The translations under genes and the position numbers were made by a program. A stretch of 64,000 bases of DNA. Origin: Camelus ferus. Lineage: Eukaryota. Positions 23,801 through 35,665 of the stretch are shown piece by piece (the first letter of the stretch is position 1; each line of letters opens with the position of its first letter). The notes beneath the pieces were generated by a model. The model saw nothing but the letters and a program-made list of their open reading frames with translations, made no database searches and was not told the DNA's origin. The stretch spans positions 106,518,001-106,582,000 of the forward strand of contig NC_045696.1 in the NCBI RefSeq assembly GCF_009834535.1, written 5' to 3'.

Positions 23801-24866
23801 TCATAACAACTGGGCCTCCTATTTCTTCGCAGTCTCATAACAGAGCGAGAGAAGGGTTCAGAACAAAACAAAACCCAACCCTCCCTCTGGTGAGGGAGAA
23901 AGAGTGCCAGTTGAATATCCATTAGATTCAATAAGTCAGCCTCACTTCAAAGACATCTTGTCGACCTATCTCGGGTCCTACTGAAGCTGTGACCCAGAAG
24001 AGGCGCCGGGCCCTTTGTCCCCAAAGGCTGGCGGGAGGGAGGCTCGGTGGCGGGGCGATGCCCTGCTGGACAATGCAGAGGGTTGACGGAGTGTTCCCAT
24101 TTATTGGCTGAGCGAGTACATCCGTCATTCATTCACAGGCACAAGGTCTAAATTGCAGAACCAATTAACAGCACTAATAGCCCTTGCCTGAATTAATCTT
24201 TGAGACAAAGGGAGGAGAAGTGGAAGTGCTATTAGCAAATCAAGCCGTACCATCCCTGCTTTATTGCGCAAATCTCAGTGTCTGTATGTGGCTATTGTGC
24301 GCTGACTGCAATTACAGCCCTCATTTAAAAATGATTAAGTGGTTATAATTATTTTTCAATTAAAACTTATATCTTCCATTTAGGCAACATTTCAGACTTC
24401 AATTAAACTTCTTTTGAAAAGTGCCACTGAACCAAAAGATTCTTGCTTCCTCTTTTAACCAGGGAACCCTAAACTCAATCCAGATAGGATTTTGATTTCC
24501 AAACTTCAGAATTCGTCTTGTGACATTTAGACATCGTGATGAGAGTTACCAAGCGATATAGAAATGTGTGGCACCTGCTGGAAGTGACCACTGCCACCAA
24601 GGGAGTGGGGGAGGGGAGAGAGACAGTTCAGGCTCTTCCTGGAGATTTGTGACCACTGGGAAGAGCAGGGTATTCTTGCCATCAGAAGGCAGTGTCACTG
24701 GAAGAGCTGCCACCTGAGGCTAAATATTTAGAGTAACACGCTCAGCTGTGCTCTTGTGACAGTAATGATTTGCTGTAAGAAAGGTGTAAAGTTTTGAGCA
24801 ATCTAATTCATTTAAAAATCAGAGAAATTTCCAGGTTTCCCCCTTACAACCTGTCTTATTTGCCTT

Positions 24867-25011
24867 CTTTTAGAGGGGAGAGGTAATTAGGTTTATTTAT
24901 TTATTATTTATTTATTTATTTTAATGGAGGTACTGGGGGTTGAGCCCAGGACCTCATGCATGCTAAGCATGCACTCTACCACTGCGCTGTAGCCACCCCC
25001 AACCCCTCCCA
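24867..25011 (-). mobile_element. tRNA-derived SINE, camelid Vic-1-like
   Basis: Same body as 1735-1868; perfect TSD tcttatttgcctt at 24854-24866 and 25012-25024. Confidence 0.9.
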
Positions 25012-26669
25012 TCTTATTTGCCTTTAATGTGCCTTCTTGAGAAGGAGAGAAAGGAATTTCTAGGAATTGCACATAAACCATGGCCTATTTTATCTTGCTG
25101 CTGCCCATAATTGGAGTACATTTGTGGAGTCTGACCCTCATGGGGACATCATGCATCATGTGTGTGGCGGTGTTAAAAATGGTGCAAGAATATCTGGGCT
25201 CTAGAAGTTCCAGTCAGGACCGTGTCCTTGAGCCCTACTCACCAACTTTAGGGAAGACCAGAGCTGTAAAAAGCAATGCTTGGCTTCAGAGAAGCAGTGT
25301 AAGGTGTTACTTATTATCCTAATACTGGCTGACCTTGGCCTCATTCTAACTGGCTGTGCTGAGTTAATAACCTCGATTTTATTCTGTGCTGTTGAAGGCA
25401 TGCGTGCCACATGTAATAAGTTTAAAACTCACACAATTAAAAGAAATTATTTATAATTCTTGTTCCTTAGTAACAAAGCTCTGGTTTCTCTGACCTAATT
25501 CCGGCTTTAGTGAGGAAAATTATGTCTCAAGAAATGGAAGGCAATGGCAGTCATGAAATCTGGAGTCTGTGCTGTGGACCAGACCCTGCCCAAGAAGCTC
25601 AGACAAGACTGACGGCTCCTTCCTGCAAGGAAGAGATGTTTTACTGCAATAGAATTTTTTCCTTTAAAAAATTAAGTAACCTATATTATCTGATATTGTT
25701 TATACCTCCAAAGCACCTTAGGTTTTTATGCTTATAAATAACATGTTAATTGTAGAAGAACAGAAAATTTGAGCAATAAGTCTAGGCCAAAAAAATCGAA
25801 GCAAACTAAAATACCTATAACCACTGCTAAGGAATTCACGTAATATCTTCTAGTATTAAAAAAATTATTTCCAATTACAGTTAGATAGCAATATCCTTGT
25901 TACCCTGAGCATCTTACTGGCCCACTGCCACAGGGAAGATGGGCTGTGTGATCTCCCTCCAGTGAGGGCTGCCTCCAGGGTCCCAAGAAAGGACCAAGGA
26001 CCTTACTGAACTCTGTGTGTTTGTGCAAGAAACCTCTGAAAACTTCTAGATTCGAAGGAGAGTGAGGACTCATGCATGGTGCAGACCAGCATCAGAAACA
26101 AAATGGTGGTCAAGACCTAGTAGCAAGCTAGGAGCCAGGTCAAGAGTCTCTGCATTTTTTTCTTTTTCTTTAAACACAGGACACACAGGGTTGGCAGTAG
26201 AGCAAAGAGGGCCCCGAAGACCAGGAGAAGCCAAAACATTTGAAAATTCAATTTTCCCAGTCCATATTTTAATAACACTTGTTAGAGCTGAATTACTATT
26301 TACAGTTTTTAGATGTACATCCAAAGACCCTTTATTATGTCCTTCCTACATCCTCCTGAACTGACTGCTTTGCATCAGTTATTTTCTGCAGTTTATATAA
26401 CTCACCTATGATGTGGATGATATAAAGCTAATTTCCAGATGAGATTAAAGAAGTTGCTCAGAGAGGCTAAGAATTTTGCCCTGGTCCCATAGCTAATAAG
26501 TGGCAGAGTTGAATTTACTTGTCCCTCTTGGCACCAGTACCACTGTTTCTTAATTACAATGGCTTCACCGAAGGTCTGGTATCTGGCAGGGCAAGGACCT
26601 TCCTCCCTCGCCTCGCTGCTGTCCCACAGTCCCACCCTCTCCCCACCTACCCACCTCGTTCCTCTTCTT

Positions 26670-27545
26670 CAAAAGAATCATCGATTTTTCTTGGCCCTTT
26701 ACTCTTTCATGTGAATTTAAGGACGAGCTTGTCACATTCCATAAATAAAACCCCAGTTGAGATATTGATTGGAATTACATTAAATTTATAGGTTACTTCG
26801 GGGAAGACTTGACATCTTTATGAGATTAAGTCTTCCTGTCTATGAACGTGGAGCATCTCTCTGTTTATTCAGGCCTCCTTTCATGTACTTCAATAATATG
26901 TTATAATTTTTTCATAAAGCACATCTAGTTATTCCAAGACTCCTTGAAATTGTGAATGAGATCTTTTCCCATTATCTTTCCTATTTGATTATTACCATTG
27001 TATAGAATTTCAATTGATTTTTGTATATAAATCTTGTCTCTAGCAAGCTTGCTGAATTCTCTCATTTGCAAACAGACAGTTTTGTTTCCACTTCTCAATT
27101 CTTATGCTTGTATGAATTGAATTGCTTGCATTCAATGCCATGGTGGATAGAAGCAATGATATAGGAATTTTTTGCCTTGTTCTTGATTTTAAAGGGACAA
27201 CCTCTGATGTTTCACCATTAAAATATTATTTGTATTAGATTTTGATAAATACCCTTTCACACATTGAAGGAATTATTTTCTATTATTGTCTAAAATATTA
27301 ATAATTATGTTATTATGTTCCTTTTAATCCTCATTAAGTGTTAGGCTTTATCAAATCTTTTTCTACTTCTACTAAACTAATTATGGTTTTTCTCATTTAG
27401 TCTGGTATTATTGTATATTATATTAATAGACTTCCTTGCATTCCTGGAATGTGCCCTATCTTATCACCATATAGAGTTGTATTCAATTTAATGATATTTT
27501 ACCTAAGATTTTTCCAGCCAGTTTTATAAATGAGATTGATCTATA
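26670..27545 (-). mobile_element. Old L1 ORF2 remnant; resumes after the LTR at about 28140-28840
   Basis: gatattgattggaattacattaaatttatagg, gccttgttcttgattttaaaggga, tgtttcaccattaa. Confidence 0.75.
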
Positions 27546-27548
27546 ATT

Positions 27549-27585
27549 TCCTTCCTTCCTCCCTCCCTCCATTCCTTCCTTCCCT
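27549..27585. repeat. (TTCC/CTCC)n simple repeat
   Basis: ttccttccttcctccctccctccattccttccttccctc. Confidence 0.8.
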
Positions 27586-27617
27586 CATTCAAGTGCTGAG
27601 AATATGCCCTCCCCCAC

Positions 27618-28139
27618 TGCAACAGAGAAGAACAAATCTGACTCCATATTGCATCCATTCCTCTAGCTCTAACCTTTGTGCTCTGTTGCCTGTGCTTAGT
27701 CACGCAGCTTTGTAGAAGAATGTTGCCTATAGCCTGAAATATATGTGAGAGCTCATTCTCAATGTTCTGCCTCCCAGGCTTGACCTTTAAAGGTAGAACA
27801 TTCTTCAGTTCATATAGAGATAAAAAGTTGCGGAGCAGAAAATAACAATTGTCTTGCTGGAGGTTTATAGGAACATTGTGACCAGATCAAAGTGGACAGC
27901 TGCGAGAACAAAGGATTCCAGCACAAAGAAGTTTGCAGCAACCAGCCACATGCCCTCCCCTTTTAGTATAATAGAAGCTGAATTCTAACTCAGGGAAAAT
28001 GGCTCTGTGGGACACTAGTCCACCATATTCTAGGTCTTCTAGCTTTCCAAATAAAGGTGCAATTCCTCATCCCAACATCTCTTCTCTAAATTTATTGGCC
28101 TGTTGTGGGGCAAGCAGTATGAGCTTGGACTTGGTAACA
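27618..28139 (+). mobile_element. ERV1-class solo LTR (~520 bp)
   Basis: Starts TGCAACAG, ends GGTAACA; TATA-like tagtataa and AATAAA in LTR order; 4-bp TSD ccac/ccat. Confidence 0.8.
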
Positions 28140-28839
28140 CCATGAATTAATTTCCATCATTCCATATTTTTCCATTCTTTGAAACAGTTTATGTGTGATC
28201 AAGATTGTAAGACTGTTTATTTAGCACATACTTATTGAGTATTCACTTTGCACCAGGTCCTCTTCTGGTCCCCGGAGATATGATAAAGGATCAGGGAAAG
28301 TCTCACTTTACACATTTAACATTTTGACCAAATTCCCCTGGCTCTGGGTCTTTGGGAGTAAAAAAGAATCTTTCTCTTTTCAACTCAATTTCTTTCATGG
28401 TTTTTGGTTTATTCAGGCTTCCTATTCCTCTTTAATTTGTTTTTTAGATTTTTTCTAGGAACTTTTCTAATATATCTGCTTACTAATAAATTGAGAGAAA
28501 GTTATTTGTAATATTAAATTATGATTTTTAGTCTCTACTGTAGATGTAGCTTTGTCTTCTTTTTTTTTTCCCTCTACAATATTGCTTATTTCTGCCTTTT
28601 CATTCTTGCTTAATCTTGTTAAAGTTCTGGTTAAAGGATTGTCTATTTTATTATTATTAAACTAATTTTATTAGTTTTATAAGGAACCGTGTTTTAGTTT
28701 CTAATTTCTGCCTTAACTTTACTATTTTCTTCCACTTCTTTTTAAAGAATTTTTTGCTTCTAGCTTCTTGAAATGACCACATAACTAATTTATTTCTAGT
28801 CCGTCCATTTAAAAAATGCATTTCTCTAAATACCATTCC

Positions 28840-29990
28840 CACTGAAAGAAATCAGGGCTTCTTGAAGAATTGCCGAGTCCAGATCTGGGGCAGAAAATGT
28901 ACAAAATGAGCCTGGAACATCTGTCACAATAGATAACAAAGAAAACTATCAAAGACTACCAGGGTCATAACAATAGGACCCTGAAGCCTAATTAAAGGGG
29001 TTCATTCTCACTGGTCAAAGATGGGAGAATATAACCATCAAAAAGAATAATATCTGCAGTGGATTGAAGTACATCATGTATATTAAAATCCATGAGCTCA
29101 TCATGATACTAAAAATATCCTTCATGGAATCTTTGATGTTAGGACATCAACTCATTGTTCTGAAAAGCCTTTAGAAAGGGAAAGTGTCAACGTTTATCCT
29201 GCTTTTCCTATACAGACTATACCTCAGGATAACTAAATAGTTGATGAAGGGAAGCTCTTTTTAGAATTATTTTAGTTAATAAATAAAGAATGATATGCTA
29301 GAAGATCACCACTTTGTAGCCCTTAATGAGCAAACAAAGATGGGCAATGATCCTTGATGACTTCTAAAATCTCCGGAGTTGCGCTGTGAGAACGCACCAC
29401 CACCTATGATGTATTCTTGCCAAAAATCCAAACCTTGATCAAATTAGGTCTCAACATCTAACTAATAGTTTATAGGAAGTACAGGGAAACAAGGAACCTG
29501 TTAAATGTCCCCCACGGGGACAGAATTAATGCAATCCAGACCATGGGAAATTCTGCAAGAAAAACATCAGGCTTCTTCAACAAATAATTAGCAAGGGGAG
29601 AGAGAGAGAGAGAAAGCGGGAGAGAGAGAAAGAGAGATAGAGAGAGATGAACTTATAGATTAAAAGATACCTAAGAGACACATAAACAAAATTCAATATA
29701 TAGACCTTGTTTAGAATCCTGATTCAAACTGACCAATTATATAAAATTATTAATGAATTATTATTAGTTGTTTTGGGTGTGATGATAGAATTGTGGATTG
29801 CTTGAAAAAGAGCGATGCTTATCTTTGAGACATCCACACTGAAGGATTTATGGATGGAACGATACGATGTATTTTTCTCCAAGATGGTTAGTCAAATGCT
29901 AATAACGGTTGAAGTTGGGTAATGGATACATAGAGTTTCATAACACTCTTCTCTACTTTTGTTTGAATTTCTCCATAATCAAAAAGAATG
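28840..29990 (+). mobile_element. L1MC-type 3'UTR remnant containing a (GA)n tract at about 29597-29648
   Basis: gaaagaaatcagggcttcttgaagaat...ctggggcagaaaatgtacaaaatgagcctggaacatct; ttctctacttttgtttgaatttctccataat. Confidence 0.7.
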
Positions 29991-30129
29991 CACCTAAAGT
30001 TTTAAATTTGCTCTAAGTAGTACTTCACCTTCAACCTACAAGTTTTCCAGGTAGCACTTTTCTGGGTTTTCAGTTCTAAATATTTTTCAGTTTCTATTGT
30101 GATTTCTTCTTTAAACGATGAATTATTTA

Positions 30130-30232
30130 TGGATAGATTTATATACAGACATATGCATAAATATATATGTATATATACACACATATATATGTGCTTTATA
30201 TGCATTAATATTTTATATTATATATATTATCA
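30130..30232. repeat. (TA)-rich degenerate microsatellite
   Basis: atatatatgtatatatacacacatatatatgtg... Confidence 0.75.
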
Positions 30233-30329
30233 ACTTATCATTGTTGAATTCCTTTTAAAATTAAAAAAATTTAATTTTATTTTTTTTGAGTTATAATTGA
30301 CATATGACATTATATTAGTTTCAGGCTAA

Positions 30330-30800
30330 AATGGGAACGTTGGGGATGGCCTGTCCTTGCTCCACAAACTGTGGGGCCTCAGTATTGAAGATGCAAATGA
30401 ATAGGGATTATTCAAATGGCTGGGTGCTGGGATCATGTGTATATCTAGGGCCTGAGAGGGGGGTGACCCAAAGGCCGGGGCTAACATACCAGGCACCTAC
30501 ACACGGCCCTCTACGAGCCTGACCTTTCCACAGCACAACATTCAGCTGGGTTCAAGAGGGAGCAAGAGTGTCTGGAGAGCAATTATTTCAAGAGAACAAG
30601 GAAGCAGCTGCAAGGCTTCTTCTGACCCTGCCCATAGGAAGTCTCACAGCATCACTTCTGTTTTGTCTTATTGGTTTTAACCCAGTGATTTATTGGTTTC
30701 AACCCACCAGGGAAATCGGACTCTGTCTCTTCATGGGGAGTTGCAGGGCTACATGGTAGAAGAGTATGTGGAATGGGGCCTGTTTTTGGAAAATATGATC
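30330..30800 (-). mobile_element. MLT1-family MaLR LTR fragment
   Basis: gaagcagctgcaaggcttcttctgacc...ggaagtctcacagcatcacttctg. Confidence 0.6.
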
Positions 30801-33800
30801 TGCCTCAGAGCCCATTTGTTTGGTGCAAATTTGCAGCCTTTATTATTTCCTAGTTTTTGTTTGAATGTTCCTTTTATTATTATGTGTTCCCCCTTATTTT
30901 GATTATTCTTAAAATGTTTTTTTTTTTATGTAATTAACACTGCTTGCCTTGTTTTCTTTTTGGTAATATTTGCAGGCTATATCTCTTGTGATTCCTTTAG
31001 TTTTCCACCTTTCTTGTATTTTTATTTTAGGCTGGTCTTTTAAAAAAATCCTTATAATCTTCATCACTTAAGTAGCAAATGTAATAATGTAATCTGTCTA
31101 CATGTATTGCGTCCTGATACCTGGCTGGGGAAAGACAGTTTCTTTCCTGGACCCATAACCGTGGGGAATTTTCAGCACAGGCCCAATTTCAGATACTACG
31201 ACTAAGAACATAAGTTTAGAATTATTTTTACCACTCACTATCTGTTTGACTTTGGGCAAGTTATTTAACCTTCCAGAACATCAGCTTTCACAATTGGAAT
31301 CTGAAGATGTCGATGGTAATGAGAAGTAAATGAAATAATGGGAAGTGCTTATCACAGTGATTCTGAGTGGAAGATATGGTTATTAGTGTCATTTCCACGG
31401 ACACTTTCTGAAGGCTAGCTCCAGGGCAGGCCCTAAGCTGAGCCCTGGGTACTGCATTCAAGAATCCATGAGTGCACAGGGGAGTAAGCCTCCAGTCCCA
31501 TCTCCCGCATGGGGACACACACCTTGTCAGGGTTCCTCTTCACCTGGTCTGCAGGTAGACATTGTCATCTTAGTTTCATGACATGAGGTTGATCCAAGTC
31601 TCCTTTCCCAGCTGTGGTCTGGGATTAGCTGAGGATGTGAGCTGCCTAACAGGAGGTCTCTGATCACCTTCTTAGAAGATGGGACTCAGCAGCATGCAAG
31701 GACCTCATTGGGTAACAGAAGGGCCAACATGTTTGCTTAAAATTGAGTTTAGTGTTGTCACTTTATTCTTCTGCCTTCAGATGCCAGTGAGTTGCTTCTT
31801 CAGGGCTGTTGGGTACATTGTAGTTAAAGGGTCCAGTGCGGCTGTAATTCAGCAGCTTTCTGCTCCACCATTCATGCAGCTGCTGGGTTGGGCTGCACCA
31901 GGCAAGGTGGCGGCTACTTCTGCACAGTAAAGTCCTCAAGTACCAGGAATGAGCAGGGATGTGCAGCGGAAGGTTGACTCATTCTACCACCTTCCTACCA
32001 TCTCTTGTCGATGTGGAAGTGTCCATGGTTCTGATAAATGCCACAGGGCTGGGAAGATGTTTGGAGCTAGTACCACCTCCTTCTCCCTTTCAGCTGTCTT
32101 TGTCTTCCATATCCTTAGCCCAGTGTCATCCCCGAGCTCAGGGCTGGGACTTACAGTGAGAAACCAGCCCGAGACTTTCTTCCAGTCTGTGTGGACACCT
32201 ATTGTGTGTCCTCAGCAGTAATGCCCTTCATCCGAGGCGGCTTGATTCTCTGCTCTATCTCTGTCCTCCACCAGCCATGCTTTCTCCATATGGGTGTGTC
32301 TCCCCTGGAATGGGCCTGTTGCTTCTCAAGCGTGTTGCTGAAGATCCGTGCCAGACTTAGAGAAGGCGCAGCCTTGGGAAGAATAGCGCACTAGTAAAGT
32401 CCAGTGAGCGCCCTGCCGGCTGAGCTGGTGCCCTTGGAGTTGCCAAGAGTGTAGCTGAGCGGCCACCAAGAGTCCTGTCAGACTGGGAAGAGCACGCCAA
32501 CACTTGTTTCAAATTAAGTACATGCGACACACTGGGTCTTTCCCATGCTCTCTTTTGGTGCCATAGAATCCCTTCTTTTACCCTTAAATGACTTCAAAAA
32601 TATTTTTAACGTAAAGGCACAGCTTTCCTTAAAATTTTGACTGTTTTATAAAGACATAATTAATATTTATTGACTACTTAGACACTTGCCAGCTATTTTA
32701 CACACACGATCTCATTCAGTCCTCAGAGACTTTCAGTGCATATTGTCCTCAGTTTACAGATAAAGAAATGGAAAAGAGATTAAGTAAGCTGCCCAAAGTC
32801 ACACAGCTAGAAACACAGGTACAGAAAGGTCATGTTCCCAAGGTCGTGCAGACCTTAAACGTTACCATGAAGGCTTGAATGCAGGTCTCATGGTTTCAGA
32901 TAAAACATTCTTCTTGTAGCACATGAGCAGCCTCTCGTTCCTGTCCCATGAGTCACTTAACCTTACCTGGTCATCTACCAGGGTTACTCTAAAATGAACC
33001 TTTTCTTCTCTATTCACCATTGTGAATTCAACAAGCGCTGGCTGACTGGCTCTCTGAGCCAGCTGGACACTGACTCACTGCTTCCCAAGACTCCTTCTCA
33101 TGGAGGCCACTTCCCTTGCTCCTACTTTACCTTGCACGTCCCTTTATTTGACGAATATCAGTTTTCCCCTAGACCATAATCTTCACTCACTGTGTACAGC
33201 ACAGTGCTGGGTACACTGCAGGTGGTCAGAGTTTTTTGGTCAAATGAATGCATAACGAATAAAATCTTCCACCTGACACTCCACATCCATACTCTTTGGA
33301 TTTTGCCTGCCTGATTTTATCTCCTGCTCTATATCAACCTGAACCTTCTGCTCTAACCCACCTAGTCTTGTTCCCTCCTAACATGCTCTTTGTTTCTGTC
33401 ATTATCCATTTCTCTTATGCTGTTAGCCCTGCTTGAGAGGTCCTCTCTGCTCCACAAACATTAACACATTTTCCCCACCAACGCTGATCACATCTCCAGC
33501 CCTCTTATGGAGACTTCTTTGAACATTCAGGCTGTTACAGACCCCTCTTCCTTTTTTTCATTGCTAGCCATCTTTATTTGCCTCCTCAAGTAAAATGGCA
33601 ACCTTCTTGATTAAGAACATGTAGTTTTGTGCATTCCTCTGCAGCCCATGTAGTGAATAGCTAATAGCTGTCAAGTGATAAATGATGAATCTGTGTGCTT
33701 TGCTGGTTCTACTGCTCAGCAACTGGGGGACTGGGTCACACTGTGTAACATCTCCAAGGCTACATGCCCAGCTATAAGACAGGAATAGTAACATCTACCT

Positions 33801-33889
33801 TGCCAGCCTGCTTTGACAATTAAATGAGATGACCTATGTTAAGAGCTTAGCACCTTGACTGCATTTGCTACATGCTCAATAAATGATAT

Positions 33890-34200
33890 TTAAGATAGAT
33901 CAGGTTGTACTGAAGAAATAAGTCCAAATTCTCAGTGTCTTAACCCAATATCTTGTCCATGGTACATGTCCAACATGGGCTGTTTTTGTTTACCAGTCAC
34001 TCAGGGACCAGGCTGACAGACGTTCATCCTGACAACTGCATCCATGATCACCTTGGCAGGTGGGAAAAGAATGTAGTGAATTGGGCATCGATCCTTAGAG
34101 GTTATGCCTGAAAGTGGCATGTCACTTCCACCATATATCTTTGGCCCAAGCAAGTAATATGGCCATGCCTAACTTCAGGGGGGGAGTGAGTGCAACCCTA
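33890..34200 (-). mobile_element. MLT1-family MaLR LTR fragment between MIR pieces
   Basis: cctgaaagtggcatgtcacttccacc...ttggcccaagcaagtaatatggccatgcctaacttcagg. Confidence 0.6.
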
Positions 34201-34918
34201 CTTTAGGGAGCAGCCTGGGTAGGTTTCCTTATCTGAAAAAAGATAATTATAATGATTATACCGATGTCATAAGGTTGTGATGAGAACTGAATAAGTGAAT
34301 GCAATTAAGTACATACAACCATGCCCAGCACACAGCTATGTTTTTCTTAAATATTAGCTCTTAATATTCTGTCTATGGGATGAACCATTTGACATATGCA
34401 ATTACGTGGATTCATTTAACTATTTCATAAAACTTGACCGAGTGCCTTGTAAATATGAGACCCTGTGCTGGGTGGTGAGGATTATGGAAAAAGATGACAT
34501 AAGTGCCATTGAAAAGGAAGGATAAGATGGAAATTGTTTTAGTTCTGATTCAAAATTTTGACTTATGTAAAGATGTACTGAAGAGGATTCTGAAATCTTA
34601 CAAGGAACCCATTAATTGGACATATTTTATGTCACTAGTAGATTTATGGTATTGCTAAGTTTTGGTTTATTGTTTGATTTATAGTTAAGTTGTGAGATTT
34701 ATTTATTCTCTGTTTTTAGTTAGTCAGGTATTTGTCCCACATTTTCCCAATGTCTGTGGCTTTTTTTGGTTTGCCTCTCCTTGTGGCACCCTAACCATAC
34801 GTGACGACAAATCTAACTGGTTGCATAGTCCAGAGACCTGCACACTGTGTTTCCATGTCTCAGGAGGTAATCAGACCAATGGCTACTCTTTCTTGGAGGA
34901 AAGCAAATCATCGTATAA

Positions 34919-34933
34919 CCACTAGAGGGCAGT
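34919..34933 (+). promoter_or_regulatory. Strong CTCF core motif CCACTAGAGGGCAGT
   Basis: Matches the consensus CCASYAGRKGGCRS at every position; not in a repeat I recognise. Confidence 0.65.
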
Positions 34934-34959
34934 GGCAACTCACTGATGCAATAGGACTA

Positions 34960-35370
34960 GCCATGATCAAGTGAGATTCATCCCTGGGATGCAAGGATAG
35001 TTCACACTTGCAAACCGATAAGCCTGATACACCACAGTAGCAGAATAAAGGGTAAAATCATATGATCATTTCAATAGGTGCAGAAAAGGCATTTGACAAA
35101 ATTCAATATCCTGTCATGATAAACACTCAGCAAATTAGGTATAGAAGGAATCTACCTCAACATAACAAAAACCATATCTGATAAGCCCACAGCTAACATC
35201 ATACTCAACAGTGAAGAGCTAAAAGCTTTTCCTCTAAGATCAGGTACAAGACACAGGTGCCTACTCTCACCACTCTTACTCATTATGCTATTGGAAGTCC
35301 TCGCCAGAGCAATCAGGCAAGAAAAGGAAATAAGGCACCTCAGTCAGGAAGGAGAAAGTAAAATTCCTCT
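34960..35370 (+). mobile_element. L1 ORF2 reverse-transcriptase fragment
   Basis: catgatcaagtgagattcatccctgggatgcaagga...gcagaaaaggcatttgacaaaattcaa...ggaagtcctcgccagagcaatcaggcaaga. Confidence 0.9.
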
Positions 35371-35389
35371 TGCTATAGAGAGCATGTTG

Positions 35390-35665
35390 TCTGACATCAG
35401 ACCTTCATGGAACAGCCTGCTTCTGGTGACCAAGCAAAGCGAGGGTATGAAAGCTTGACCACTTTGACCTGACATGGGTGACAGATATTTGCTCTAGCTC
35501 TCCTCACTGAGTTGACTAAGTTTTATCAGGATTGTGTTTCAGTTTGACTTCTCCCTCTGCCCAATCCTACTTCCTCCCTTTGAATCCTTTTATTGGGATT
35601 CAGAAATATTTTGTACCTTAAACTGTCTCTCAGGTGTCAGCTTCTAGAGAACCCAACTGGTAACA
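35390..35665 (+). mobile_element. ERVL LTR16-like fragment
   Basis: ctccctctgcccaatcctacttcctccc...tcagcttctagagaacccaactggtaaca. Confidence 0.55.

Noticed and set aside
16447..24720. Weaker CTCF-like matches at about 16450, 18175, 24570 and 24710
   Set aside because: Each has mismatches at core positions; not supportable without ChIP data.
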